A stretch of 63,517 nucleotides of DNA, filler included, from Archaeoglobus sp. JdFR-37 (GTDB taxonomy: Archaea; Halobacteriota; Archaeoglobi; Archaeoglobales; Archaeoglobaceae), in the NCBI GenBank assembly GCA_002010215.1. It is 3 parts of 3 records of this genome, joined end to end, with 100 filler letters (N's around TTAATTAATTAA, not from the genome) between each part and the next. Parts side by side here need not be neighbours in the genome. Positions count along the whole stretch, not along the records: positions 27,159 to 54,014 come from MTMY01000052.1; 2 more parts are not named here. One strand, written 5' to 3'. A program made the position numbers and the translations under genes. The notes under the pieces are model-generated. The model was given only the letters and a program-made list of their open reading frames with translations, had not been told where the DNA came from and made no database searches. Below are positions 40,761 to 49,362 of this stretch, piece after piece; within the stretch, counting starts at the first letter, position 1, and every line of letters starts with the position of its first letter.

Positions 40761-41454
40761 AGGCATCAAACACGTCCATGTATTTTTCTGGCTTAATCAG
40801 AAACATTAGTCTTTCTGGGTCTTTAATCAATCTGTACATCTCTTCGCTTTTTGATAGGTCCAGAACTTTCTTGGGCTTTGCAAATCTGATTTCAGGTACA
40901 CCTTTGTAGTTTGGATTTTCAATCCAGCCATCTTCAGTATAATAGTAGCATGCCCCTCTGCTGTTCCGGTAGGGACCATAGATAGAAGAAAATCTATTGT
41001 AAACCCAGTTTGCCGTTCTCAGCTCCTTATTCGTCGGGTTTATTGTCACATGACCGTAGTCTGGGGGGACGATGACCTTTTCTCCCTCTCTAGCCCTCAC
41101 AACAATCACATCCTCTATTCCATCTTTTCTGGGCTTCTGGAGTACGAAAAGTGCCTCCCCTTTCAGCACCTCGTAGATTTCAGGATAGCTGATTCCATTG
41201 GCCTTGGGATGGTAATGGCCGAAGGTTTTAATGAACTCTGTTCCAACTTTTGCAGGAGGGATTATAGTATAATCATACCTAAGCCCTAGCTCGTCCATCA
41301 CTTTTTTATCAGAAGTGCTATAAAATACATTCCTAAACATATAATATGCAGGAAAATCATTATCTAAGGCTTCAGGAAAAGCGAGAACAGGTTTGAGATT
41401 TGAAGCCCATCTGATCTCAGCTGAAAAAATTCTTCCACTTATTTCTAGCTCCAT
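40747..41454 (-). CDS. Cupin-type glucose-6-phosphate isomerase family protein
   Basis: KTFGHYH, PEIYEVL.G and VPPDYGHVTIN cupin motifs. Confidence 0.85.
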   Translation of the reverse strand: MELEISGRIFSAEIRWASNLKPVLAFPEALDNDFPAYYMFRNVFYSTSDKKVMDELGLRYDYTIIPPAKVGTEFIKTFGHYHPKANGISYPEIYEVLKGEALFVLQKPRKDGIEDVIVVRAREGEKVIVPPDYGHVTINPTNKELRTANWVYNRFSSIYGPYRNSRGACYYYTEDGWIENPNYKGVPEIRFAKPKKVLDLSKSEEMYRLIKDPERLMFLIKPEKYMDVFDAFSFE

Positions 41455-41641
41455 GATGAATAGTTGATAAATCGGTATATAAAAATGGTGTATGTCAAAT
41501 GTCGATGAGGTTAGTGTTAATGAAATGTTATTAAGTAAAACTTAGTAACACTAAAATTATTTTCAATAATACGAATAGAGAATTGAGACTGTAACGAAAA
41601 AAACCGAAAATTTAAATTATTACACCCTCCGAGACAAGGCT

Positions 41642-42112
41642 ATGCCTATTACCCCCATGGAAGTTTACAAGCTCCTCCCAAAGACCAACTGCAGGAAATG
41701 TGGGGAGCCCACTTGCATGAGTTTCGCTTTCAAGGTCATTAATCGTGAAAAGAATATTGAGGAGTGTACACCCCTTTTTGAGGATGATAGATACTCCAGA
41801 CAACGAGATGAGCTTTTGAAACTGCTAGAACCCCTTAAAGAAGCTACAGAAACCGGTCTTATTGTTACAGAGGATCTGTGCGTTGGTTGTGCAAACTGCA
41901 TAGTTGTTTGTCCGGTTCATGCTGCAGAAGATCCCTACGGCTCTGCTGCCGGTTCAGGCCCGAAAATTGAGGATCCAATATTCAGACTTGAGGACGGAGT
42001 TTTGAAGGTAATAAATATGACGAAATGCAGGCGATATGGAAAAAACAGGATTCTTTGCGTTGCTTGCAGGGAAAATTGCCCCAGCGATGCCATAAGGTTC
42101 TTGGAGGGTTAG
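41642..42112 (+). CDS. fwdG: FwdG-like ferredoxin subunit with N-terminal FeS domain
   Basis: LPKTNCRKCGEPTC domain plus CVGCANCIVVCP and C..CVACRENCP. Confidence 0.75.
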   Translation: MPITPMEVYKLLPKTNCRKCGEPTCMSFAFKVINREKNIEECTPLFEDDRYSRQRDELLKLLEPLKEATETGLIVTEDLCVGCANCIVVCPVHAAEDPYGSAAGSGPKIEDPIFRLEDGVLKVINMTKCRRYGKNRILCVACRENCPSDAIRFLEG

Positions 42113-42113
42113 T

Positions 42114-43310
42114 ATGATCTGCACCGGCTGCTCCTGCCTGTGTGATGACATTGTTGTGGATGGGGGGGTCAGAAATGCGTGCAGGAGGGGAGCCGGAATA
42201 TTCAGGTTTGTCAATGAGGGAAGGGCTAAGCCCATGATAAATGGGGAAGTGGTGGACTTTGAAAAGGCAATGGATGCAGCTGGAGACATAATAGGCAACT
42301 CTGAAAAGCTTGCAGTGTACGGGCTGGACACCACAACGGTTGAGGCACAGCAGAAGGCCATTGAATTAGCTAAGACAAAAGAGGCCTACATTGATGATAA
42401 CTCTTCATTCTGCTTGGGAGACTTCGTCGAACTCATCCTTAAGGAAGAACTGCCAACCACAACCCTAGACGAAGTTAGAAACAACGCATACGTGGTCTTT
42501 TACTGGGGAACCGACGTTTACCACAGCCTATCTCGACACATGTCCCGCTTCACATACTATCCCAGAGGTGGAAAGAGGCAGAGGGGTTACGAAGAGGATC
42601 GCTTTCTGGTTGTTGTTGATGTCAGGCGTTCTCACACCGCCAAGCTTGCAAAGAAAAATGCCCGCTTCATAGAGGTGGGAGACGATTTGGAGCTCATCGA
42701 TGCAATCCTGAAGGTACTTGATGGTAAAGCTCCTGAAAAATTCGCTAAGGATGCAGTTAGAATAGTGAAAGAGATGCAGAAGGCTGATTTCAATGTCATT
42801 ATTGGAGGTCTCGGGTTGAAATATGGCTTGAAAGGTGATTATCAGCAATTTCTGGAGTTCGTAAGGAGGGTTAATGAAGTCACAAATCTTTACTTCATAC
42901 CGGCGGGCTGTCATCCCAACATGCGCGGCTTCAACCAACTCCTGTTTGAAAAAACCGGGCATGTGAATCGCTACAGTTTCAGAGACGAAGAGGCTGGAGA
43001 AAAATTCGCATTCCCTAAACTCCTTGAGGATGGCGAAATAGACGCTGCTCTCATCGTGGGAACCGATCCGGTGAATTCTCTCCCCTTTGATATTGCAAAA
43101 AAGCTGAAGGACATCAAAACCATACTCATTGATCCCCGCCAATCTCTGACAGCTGAGATAGCAGATGTTGTACTGCCTTCTGCAATTTCTGGTTTAGAAA
43201 CAGGGGGCACTATGATCCGAATTGATGGCGTGAAGGTCGAGTTAGCACCATTCCTTGAGAAGAAACCGGATGATGTTTCCATAATCTCAAGCCTCTTGGA
43301 GGCGGTTTGA
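42114..43310 (+). CDS. fwdB: Formylmethanofuran dehydrogenase subunit B-like (W/Mo)
   Basis: CTGCSCLCDDI, DNSSFC, TLDEVRN, RHMSR, GTDP and GTMIRIDG. Confidence 0.82.
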   Translation: MICTGCSCLCDDIVVDGGVRNACRRGAGIFRFVNEGRAKPMINGEVVDFEKAMDAAGDIIGNSEKLAVYGLDTTTVEAQQKAIELAKTKEAYIDDNSSFCLGDFVELILKEELPTTTLDEVRNNAYVVFYWGTDVYHSLSRHMSRFTYYPRGGKRQRGYEEDRFLVVVDVRRSHTAKLAKKNARFIEVGDDLELIDAILKVLDGKAPEKFAKDAVRIVKEMQKADFNVIIGGLGLKYGLKGDYQQFLEFVRRVNEVTNLYFIPAGCHPNMRGFNQLLFEKTGHVNRYSFRDEEAGEKFAFPKLLEDGEIDAALIVGTDPVNSLPFDIAKKLKDIKTILIDPRQSLTAEIADVVLPSAISGLETGGTMIRIDGVKVELAPFLEKKPDDVSIISSLLEAV

Positions 43311-43702
43311 TGGGGTTGAAATTTGCCAAGTTTATAAGAAAAATTGAAACGGAGGTGGTTGTGGCGAGAGATAGCTTCCAAGTTGAAGCGGCAGATAGAG
43401 GGAAGTTGTCGGAAGAATTCGTCAAGAAAAGTGCCGTACTTTATATTACCGAAGAGTTTGGCAAGAAAAATGCCCTCAGAGAGGGAGAAATCGTAAAAGT
43501 TACCAGAGGTGGCAGAAGTGTCAATCTTAGGGTAGTTTACAACGACACTGCCCCTTCGGAAGGGGCTATGATGCCCAATAGCATTTATGCAAACTATCTT
43601 ACCGACTTTGATTCATTCAAGAGATTCAGAGTTACAATCGAGATTGCCGATGGAAATGTAACAACACCTTCCGAAATCATTGAACTAATAAAATCAGGGT
43701 AG
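43307..43702 (+). CDS. fwdD: Formylmethanofuran dehydrogenase subunit D-like (divergent)
   Basis: Molybdopterin dinucleotide-binding domain pattern (R..FQ..GKLSEEF, MPNSIYAN); coupled to fwdB. Confidence 0.7.
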   Translation: MMGLKFAKFIRKIETEVVVARDSFQVEAADRGKLSEEFVKKSAVLYITEEFGKKNALREGEIVKVTRGGRSVNLRVVYNDTAPSEGAMMPNSIYANYLTDFDSFKRFRVTIEIADGNVTTPSEIIELIKSG

Positions 43703-43816
43703 TTTGGTTATTGAAATTAAGGGAGGTTTAAAAATTTGAGGAAGAAATCATTAGAGAGAAAAGGGTATATACAAATGGAAGAAAAAGGATAGGATTAATA
43801 ATGAGGAGGTGTGTGG

Positions 43817-46210
43817 ATGGCTTTTGAGTTGAGAGAAGGAGTTTTTGTTCTGGATGATGTTAGGAATGTGAGTATTAGAATCGGGAAAGTTATTGAGGAA
43901 GAGGAGGAGTGGGAAGAGGCTGGACCTACACCGATGCCAGGGATAATGGAGCTGAGAAAATGGGATCACAAGCTTCTTGAGCGCTATGAGCCATTTTATG
44001 CCCCCGTACAGGATTTCTGTAATCTTTGTACCATGGGCCCTTGCGATCTTTCAGCCAACAAGAGGGGCGCATGTGGTATTGATCTCAAAACTGCTAAAGC
44101 AAGACTTGTCACAATAGCATGCTGCATTGGGGCTGCGGCACACACAGCTCATGCGAGACACCTCCTTGATCACTTAATAGAAGAATTTGGTGAGGATACT
44201 CCCATCGATCTCGGCCCTGATGTCAATGTTGAGGCTCCGAATATCAGGACAATTGTAGGTGTCAAACCAAAGACCCTCGGAGACCTAAGGGTAGCACTGG
44301 AGTGGGCTGAGAGGGAAATTGTCAAGGTTCTACACGCCACTCACATCGGGAATGAAGAAAGCCTTGTGGATTATGAGAGCAAGGCAATGCACGTAAGCAT
44401 GTGTGACCATGTGGGCATGGAAGTTGCTGATATCGCCCAGATCGTTGCCTACAATCTTCCAAAGGCCGAACCAGACACGCCGCTGGTTGACACGGGATTT
44501 GGTGTGGTTGACAGAAGCAAGCCTGTCATCGTTGTTGTGGGTCACAATGTTATGTATGCCAGACCAATTGCAGATTACCTTGAAGAGCATGGTCTGATTG
44601 ACCAGTTTGAGATCGCTGGCCTTTGCTGCACATCTCACGACATGACAAGATACAATGCAAAGGCGAAGATATTCGGACCAATAAGCTATCAGCTCCGTGT
44701 AATCAGAGCTGGATTGCCGGACATCATTGTGAGTGACGAGCAGTGTATCAGGGCAGATTTGCTCGAAGCTTGTAAGGCAATGGGCATTCCGCTGATAGCA
44801 ACAAGTGATGCGGCGGTAAGAGGTCTGCCTGATGTGAATGAGTGGGATGTTGACAAGATTGCTGATGCACTTGCAACTGGAAAGCTGGCAGGAGTCTTCC
44901 TGACTGATCCGGTCAAGATAGGTGAAGTTGCTGTTAGGGTGGCAAGAGCAGTATTTGAGAAAAAGAAGAAGGGTGAGCTGTTCTTCGAGAGTGAGGAGGA
45001 GTTCAAGAACGAGATTGCCAAGTGTACTCAGTGTATGAACTGTGTCTTTACTTGCCCGCACAATCTCAGAATTGATCAGGGCATGGCTCACGCCCAGAAG
45101 ACCGGCGACGTCAGCAAGCTCGCAAAGCTGGAGGAGCAGTGTATTGCGTGCATGAAATGTGAGCAGGTGTGCCCAAAGAACATCCGCATTATCAACGTCA
45201 TAATGCGCAGCAATCTGAACAACCTCTATGCAAAGACTGGCAAGACTAGGGTTGGAAGAGGACCTGTGCAGGATACCGAAATCAGGAAAGTTGGTCAGCC
45301 AATAGTCTTCGGTCAGATACCAGGTGTCATCGCAGCGGTTGGATGTGTAAACTTCCCTGACGAGATGGGTGATCTGAGAATAATCTTGGAGGAATTCCTG
45401 AAGCGCCGCTACATCGTGGTCACATCTGGCTGCCACGCAATGGATCTAGGCATGATAAAGGATGAGGAGGGTCAGACTCTCTATGAAAAGTATCCGGGCA
45501 ACTTCGATGCAGGCGGTTTAGTCAACATGGGAAGCTGCGTTGCCAACAGCCACATTGCGGGAGCATGTATAAAGATCGCCAACATCTTCGCAATGAGGCC
45601 TCTGAGAGGCAACTATGCTGAAATTGCTGACTACATCCTCAATAGAGTTGGTGCTGTTGGTTTCAGCTGGGGACCATACAGCCATAAGGCTGCTAGTATC
45701 GCAACGGGCTTCAACAGGCTTGGAGTTCCTGTAGTTGTCGGACCCCACGGCATGAAGTATCGCCGTGCTTACATTGGCAAGCCTTGGAACCCGGAGAAAT
45801 GGTGGGTTTACGATATCAAGACCAGACAGAAAATGAACATAGAACCGGCCCCAGATGCCCTCCTTCTGGCGGTGGAGACCAAGGAAGAGGCCATTGTTCA
45901 GCTTGCTCGCCTCTGCTTGAGGCCAAATGACACCAGCATGGGCAGACAGATCAAGCTGACCCACTATCTGGAGCTGAGCCAGAAGTACATGGGTACGCTG
46001 CCTGACGACTGGCCAATTTACGTGAGGAGTGAAGCAGACCTGCCACTGAAGATGAAAGAGGAGTTACTCCACATACTTGAAAGCGAACACGGCTGGAAGA
46101 TTGATTGGAGCAAGAAGAAGATACTTGAGGGGCCGATAAGGCCGTATGATGCAGGTTTCAACCCGACGCTGGTTGAAGAGGTTTATGAGAAGTATACTAA
46201 GGGTAAATAG
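43817..46210 (+). CDS. cdhA: Acetyl-CoA decarbonylase/synthase alpha subunit (CODH)
   Basis: GPTPMP, CNLCTMGPC, GHN, LCCT, DEQC, two ferredoxin motifs, GSCVAN and SHKA. Confidence 0.96.
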   Translation: MAFELREGVFVLDDVRNVSIRIGKVIEEEEEWEEAGPTPMPGIMELRKWDHKLLERYEPFYAPVQDFCNLCTMGPCDLSANKRGACGIDLKTAKARLVTIACCIGAAAHTAHARHLLDHLIEEFGEDTPIDLGPDVNVEAPNIRTIVGVKPKTLGDLRVALEWAEREIVKVLHATHIGNEESLVDYESKAMHVSMCDHVGMEVADIAQIVAYNLPKAEPDTPLVDTGFGVVDRSKPVIVVVGHNVMYARPIADYLEEHGLIDQFEIAGLCCTSHDMTRYNAKAKIFGPISYQLRVIRAGLPDIIVSDEQCIRADLLEACKAMGIPLIATSDAAVRGLPDVNEWDVDKIADALATGKLAGVFLTDPVKIGEVAVRVARAVFEKKKKGELFFESEEEFKNEIAKCTQCMNCVFTCPHNLRIDQGMAHAQKTGDVSKLAKLEEQCIACMKCEQVCPKNIRIINVIMRSNLNNLYAKTGKTRVGRGPVQDTEIRKVGQPIVFGQIPGVIAAVGCVNFPDEMGDLRIILEEFLKRRYIVVTSGCHAMDLGMIKDEEGQTLYEKYPGNFDAGGLVNMGSCVANSHIAGACIKIANIFAMRPLRGNYAEIADYILNRVGAVGFSWGPYSHKAASIATGFNRLGVPVVVGPHGMKYRRAYIGKPWNPEKWWVYDIKTRQKMNIEPAPDALLLAVETKEEAIVQLARLCLRPNDTSMGRQIKLTHYLELSQKYMGTLPDDWPIYVRSEADLPLKMKEELLHILESEHGWKIDWSKKKILEGPIRPYDAGFNPTLVEEVYEKYTKGK

Positions 46211-46236
46211 GGGGTGAATAACCCTTATTTTTTGAG

Positions 46237-46800
46237 GTGATGGTAATGGCCACTGAAAGGGTGAAAAAGGAGGAGAAATATCCTGTAGCCAGAAGATATC
46301 AGGTAGCAGATGTTCAGGTCAGCAGAGAGGCCCAGGCTGTAAAGCCTGAGGTCATTGTGAGGTTGGTGAAGAAAGCAAAACATCCAGTTCTCATTACTGG
46401 AGGACAGTTGCTGAAGGATGAGAAGCTTGTGGAATATGCTGTGAAGTTCCACGAGAAGGGGATACCCATCATTGCAACCGGCGGTTCAAGCAAACCTCTC
46501 ATTGAGAAAGGTGTTAAGCCACAGTCAGCGGTCTTCACGCTGCATCAGATTACTCAGTACATGCTGGACCCCGACTGGAAGGGCTTTGATGATAAAGGGG
46601 CCTACGATGTAGTGCTGTACCTCGGCTTCCTGCCATACTACCTCTCCAGAATGCTATCGGCACTGAAGCACTTCTCAAAGATTACCACCATAAGCCTTGA
46701 CGAGTTCTATCATCCCCATGCCAGATTCAGCTTCACAAACCTGACTGCTAACAAGGAAATGCATTACAGAATGCTTGAAGAGGTTATAAACGGGTTATAG
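46237..46800 (+). CDS. cdhB: ACDS epsilon subunit
   Basis: KKAKHPVLITG, DPDWKGFD, YYLSRMLSALKHF and FSFTNL. Confidence 0.93.
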   Translation: MMVMATERVKKEEKYPVARRYQVADVQVSREAQAVKPEVIVRLVKKAKHPVLITGGQLLKDEKLVEYAVKFHEKGIPIIATGGSSKPLIEKGVKPQSAVFTLHQITQYMLDPDWKGFDDKGAYDVVLYLGFLPYYLSRMLSALKHFSKITTISLDEFYHPHARFSFTNLTANKEMHYRMLEEVINGL

Positions 46801-46820
46801 ATCTTAAATCTTTAAAGGAG

Positions 46821-48410
46821 GTGTTGAGCTTGGTCGAAAGGAAAAAGATCGAGATTCCGGAAGGAGTAAAGAAGAAGGAGAGCGTTGGTGAAGAGGCAGA
46901 ATTCCCGTTCGACATCTCACCCATGTACGAGGGTGAGAGGGTAAGGAAAGGAGACATGCACGTTGAGCTTGGAGGCACTTCACAGCCTGGCTTCGAGCTC
47001 GTTATTGCGCTGCCGGAAGAGCAGGTAGAGGACATGAAGGTTACGCTTGTAGGGCCCGACCTCGATGAGATGGAGGAGGGCAAAGCGTACCCGTATGCAA
47101 TGATCTACTACGTCGCCGGCGAGCAGGTTGACAACGACCTGGAGCCAGTCATAGAGCGACGCAACCACGACTTCCAGAACTACCTGGAGGGCTACATGCA
47201 CCTCAACCAGCGCTACGACATCTGGATCAGAATCAGCAAGGGGAGCGTTAAGAAAGGCCTCAACAGCCTTACTCAAATTGCAAAGGCGACGATGATGCTC
47301 TTCAAGAACGAGATGCCCTTCATTGAGAAGATCGAGGCAGTCTACATAACAGACGCTGAACTTGTTGATAAGCTGCTGAAAGAAGTTGCGATGCCGATCT
47401 ACGAGGAGAGAGATGCCCGTGTCGAAGCTCTGCACGATGAAGACGTTGAGGAGTTCTACTCCTGCACCCTCTGCCAGAGCTTCGCCCCAACCAACGTTTG
47501 CGTCATAAGTCCAGACAGGCCATCTCTCTGTGGGGCTATAACCTGGTTCGATGGCAGGGCAGCGGCAAGAGTCGATCCAGAGGGGCCAAATAAAGCAATT
47601 CCGAGGGGCGACCTCATCGACCCGATAGGTGGAGAGTACAGCGGAGTTAATGAGTTTGCCAAGGAGGAGAGCGGTGGAGAGTACGACAGAATAAAGCTCC
47701 ACAGCTTCTTCGAGTACCCGCACACCAGCTGCGGATGCTTCGAAGTGATAGGCTTCTACATGCCAGAGGTTGACGGCATTGGCTGGGTGCACCGCGGCTA
47801 TGCTGAGCCCGCTCCGAACGGCCTTACTTTCTCAACAATGGCAGGCCAGACGGGTGGTGGAAAACAGATTATAGGATTCCTGGGCGTCGGTATAAGCTAC
47901 TTTAGGAGCAAGAAGTTCATACAGGCTGATGGTGGCTGGTACAGGACTGTCTGGATGCCGAAGGAGCTGAAGGAGAGGATTGCCAAGTACATACCTGATG
48001 ACGTGAGGGACAAGATAGCAACAGAAGAGGATGCCAAGACCCTTGACGAGCTCAGGGAGTTCCTGAAGAAGGTTGAGCACCCCGTCGTTACAGGAGTTGT
48101 AAGGCCCGTCGACGGCAAGAAGATTACAGAGGGGTGGAAGGAAGAGGAGGAAGTTGAGGAGGTCGTTGAGGAAGCTGTAGAAGCTCCTGCTGCACAGCCT
48201 CAGGCGGTTCAGCCTGTACAGCCTGTACAGCCCGCAATGCAGCCCATGCAGCCAATGCCTGCTCAGCCATTCCAGTTCCAGCTTCCGATGCCCCAGTTCC
48301 AGCTTCCTGCAGGACAGCCTGCTGGCATCAAGCTGATAATCAAGGATGCAAAGATAATCATTGACAAAGTTATCGTGAAGAGCGAGAAGGAAAAAAAGGG
48401 TGGGAAATAA
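46821..48410 (+). CDS. cdhC: ACDS beta subunit (acetyl-CoA synthase)
   Basis: FYSCTLCQSFAP, SLCGA and HTSCGCFE A-cluster ligands; Pro/Gln linker and C-terminal motif. Confidence 0.96.
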   Translation: MLSLVERKKIEIPEGVKKKESVGEEAEFPFDISPMYEGERVRKGDMHVELGGTSQPGFELVIALPEEQVEDMKVTLVGPDLDEMEEGKAYPYAMIYYVAGEQVDNDLEPVIERRNHDFQNYLEGYMHLNQRYDIWIRISKGSVKKGLNSLTQIAKATMMLFKNEMPFIEKIEAVYITDAELVDKLLKEVAMPIYEERDARVEALHDEDVEEFYSCTLCQSFAPTNVCVISPDRPSLCGAITWFDGRAAARVDPEGPNKAIPRGDLIDPIGGEYSGVNEFAKEESGGEYDRIKLHSFFEYPHTSCGCFEVIGFYMPEVDGIGWVHRGYAEPAPNGLTFSTMAGQTGGGKQIIGFLGVGISYFRSKKFIQADGGWYRTVWMPKELKERIAKYIPDDVRDKIATEEDAKTLDELREFLKKVEHPVVTGVVRPVDGKKITEGWKEEEEVEEVVEEAVEAPAAQPQAVQPVQPVQPAMQPMQPMPAQPFQFQLPMPQFQLPAGQPAGIKLIIKDAKIIIDKVIVKSEKEKKGGK

Positions 48411-48520
48411 TGGAAAAAACGGAGAAAATGGAGAAGGAGAAACAGCAGGAGGTTAAGCAGCTGAAAATTACTCTTAAAGGGGCAACAATACACGTCAGCG
48501 AGCTTATAATTGAGGAGTAA
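48410..48520 (+). CDS. 36-aa microprotein resembling the CdhC C-terminal motif (not in ORF track)
   Basis: MEKTEKMEKEKQQEVKQLKITLKGATIHVSELIIEE*; ATG overlaps the cdhC stop (TAATG). Confidence 0.7.
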   Translation: MEKTEKMEKEKQQEVKQLKITLKGATIHVSELIIEE

Positions 48521-48538
48521 TCTGGGGAGTAGATACTG

Positions 48539-49315
48539 ATGGTCGTTGTAGCAGTGACAGGCAAAGGGGGGACTGGAAAAACAGTAATTTCAGCCCTTCT
48601 CATTCATTTTATTTCGAAGAGAGGTCTTAACCTTCTTGCAGTTGATGCTGACCCTGACAGCAATCTGCCAGATGCTTTGGGCGTTGCAGACGAGGTGACG
48701 AAGACACTTGGGGAAATCAGAGAGGTTTTTCAGGTAAGCAGAGATGAGATGGGTACTACAGATAAGGAACAATGGCTTGAGGGTAAAATTTATGGCGAAG
48801 CTATTTGTGAGTGCGACAATTTTGATTTACTAGTGATGGGCAGACCGGAAGGTGAGGGGTGCTACTGTTACACTAACAACCTGCTTAAAGGGGTTCTCAG
48901 AAAGCTGATGAGACACTATGATGTGGTAGTAATAGACAGCGAGGCTGGTCTAGAACACTTCAGTAGAGGAACCATAAGTGGGGCAGATTACATCATAGTC
49001 GTCACAGACATGTCTCAGAAGGGGTTGGCAACTGCAAAAAGAATAAAAGAGCTGAGCAAAGAGCTTAATCTGAAGTTTAAGGACATATTTCTAATTGGTA
49101 ACAGGATAACCAACAGTGAGGCTGAAGAAGTCATAAAGAGGTTTGCTGATGAGGAAGGGCTCAAGCTTCTTGAATTGCTACCTTACGATGAAAAAATAGC
49201 TGAACTCGATCTCAGAGGAGAACCAGTGATTAATCTGCCGGAAGATTCAGAATATACTCGAAAGGTGAAGAATATTGTGGATGTATTAATCAATCTAGTC
49301 GAGGCAGCCGTTTAG
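48539..49315 (+). CDS. cooC: CooC/AcsF-type nickel-insertion ATPase
   Basis: GKGGTGKT, DADPDSNL, GEGCYC and DSEAGLEHFSR. Confidence 0.92.
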   Translation: MVVVAVTGKGGTGKTVISALLIHFISKRGLNLLAVDADPDSNLPDALGVADEVTKTLGEIREVFQVSRDEMGTTDKEQWLEGKIYGEAICECDNFDLLVMGRPEGEGCYCYTNNLLKGVLRKLMRHYDVVVIDSEAGLEHFSRGTISGADYIIVVTDMSQKGLATAKRIKELSKELNLKFKDIFLIGNRITNSEAEEVIKRFADEEGLKLLELLPYDEKIAELDLRGEPVINLPEDSEYTRKVKNIVDVLINLVEAAV

Positions 49316-49362
49316 GAAGTTAAAGAGTAGGAAAAGAGTAGGAAGGGAGAGGAGGTGTATAA

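Noticed and set aside
42114..43310. Possible selenocysteine in FwdB
   Set aside because: The ligand position is a normal Cys (DNSSFC) and there is no in-frame TGA.
44330..45436. Long antisense ORFs (368 aa here; also 13201-14133, 46980-47792, 49516-50301)
   Set aside because: They shadow well-conserved genes on the opposite strand and have no recognisable motifs.
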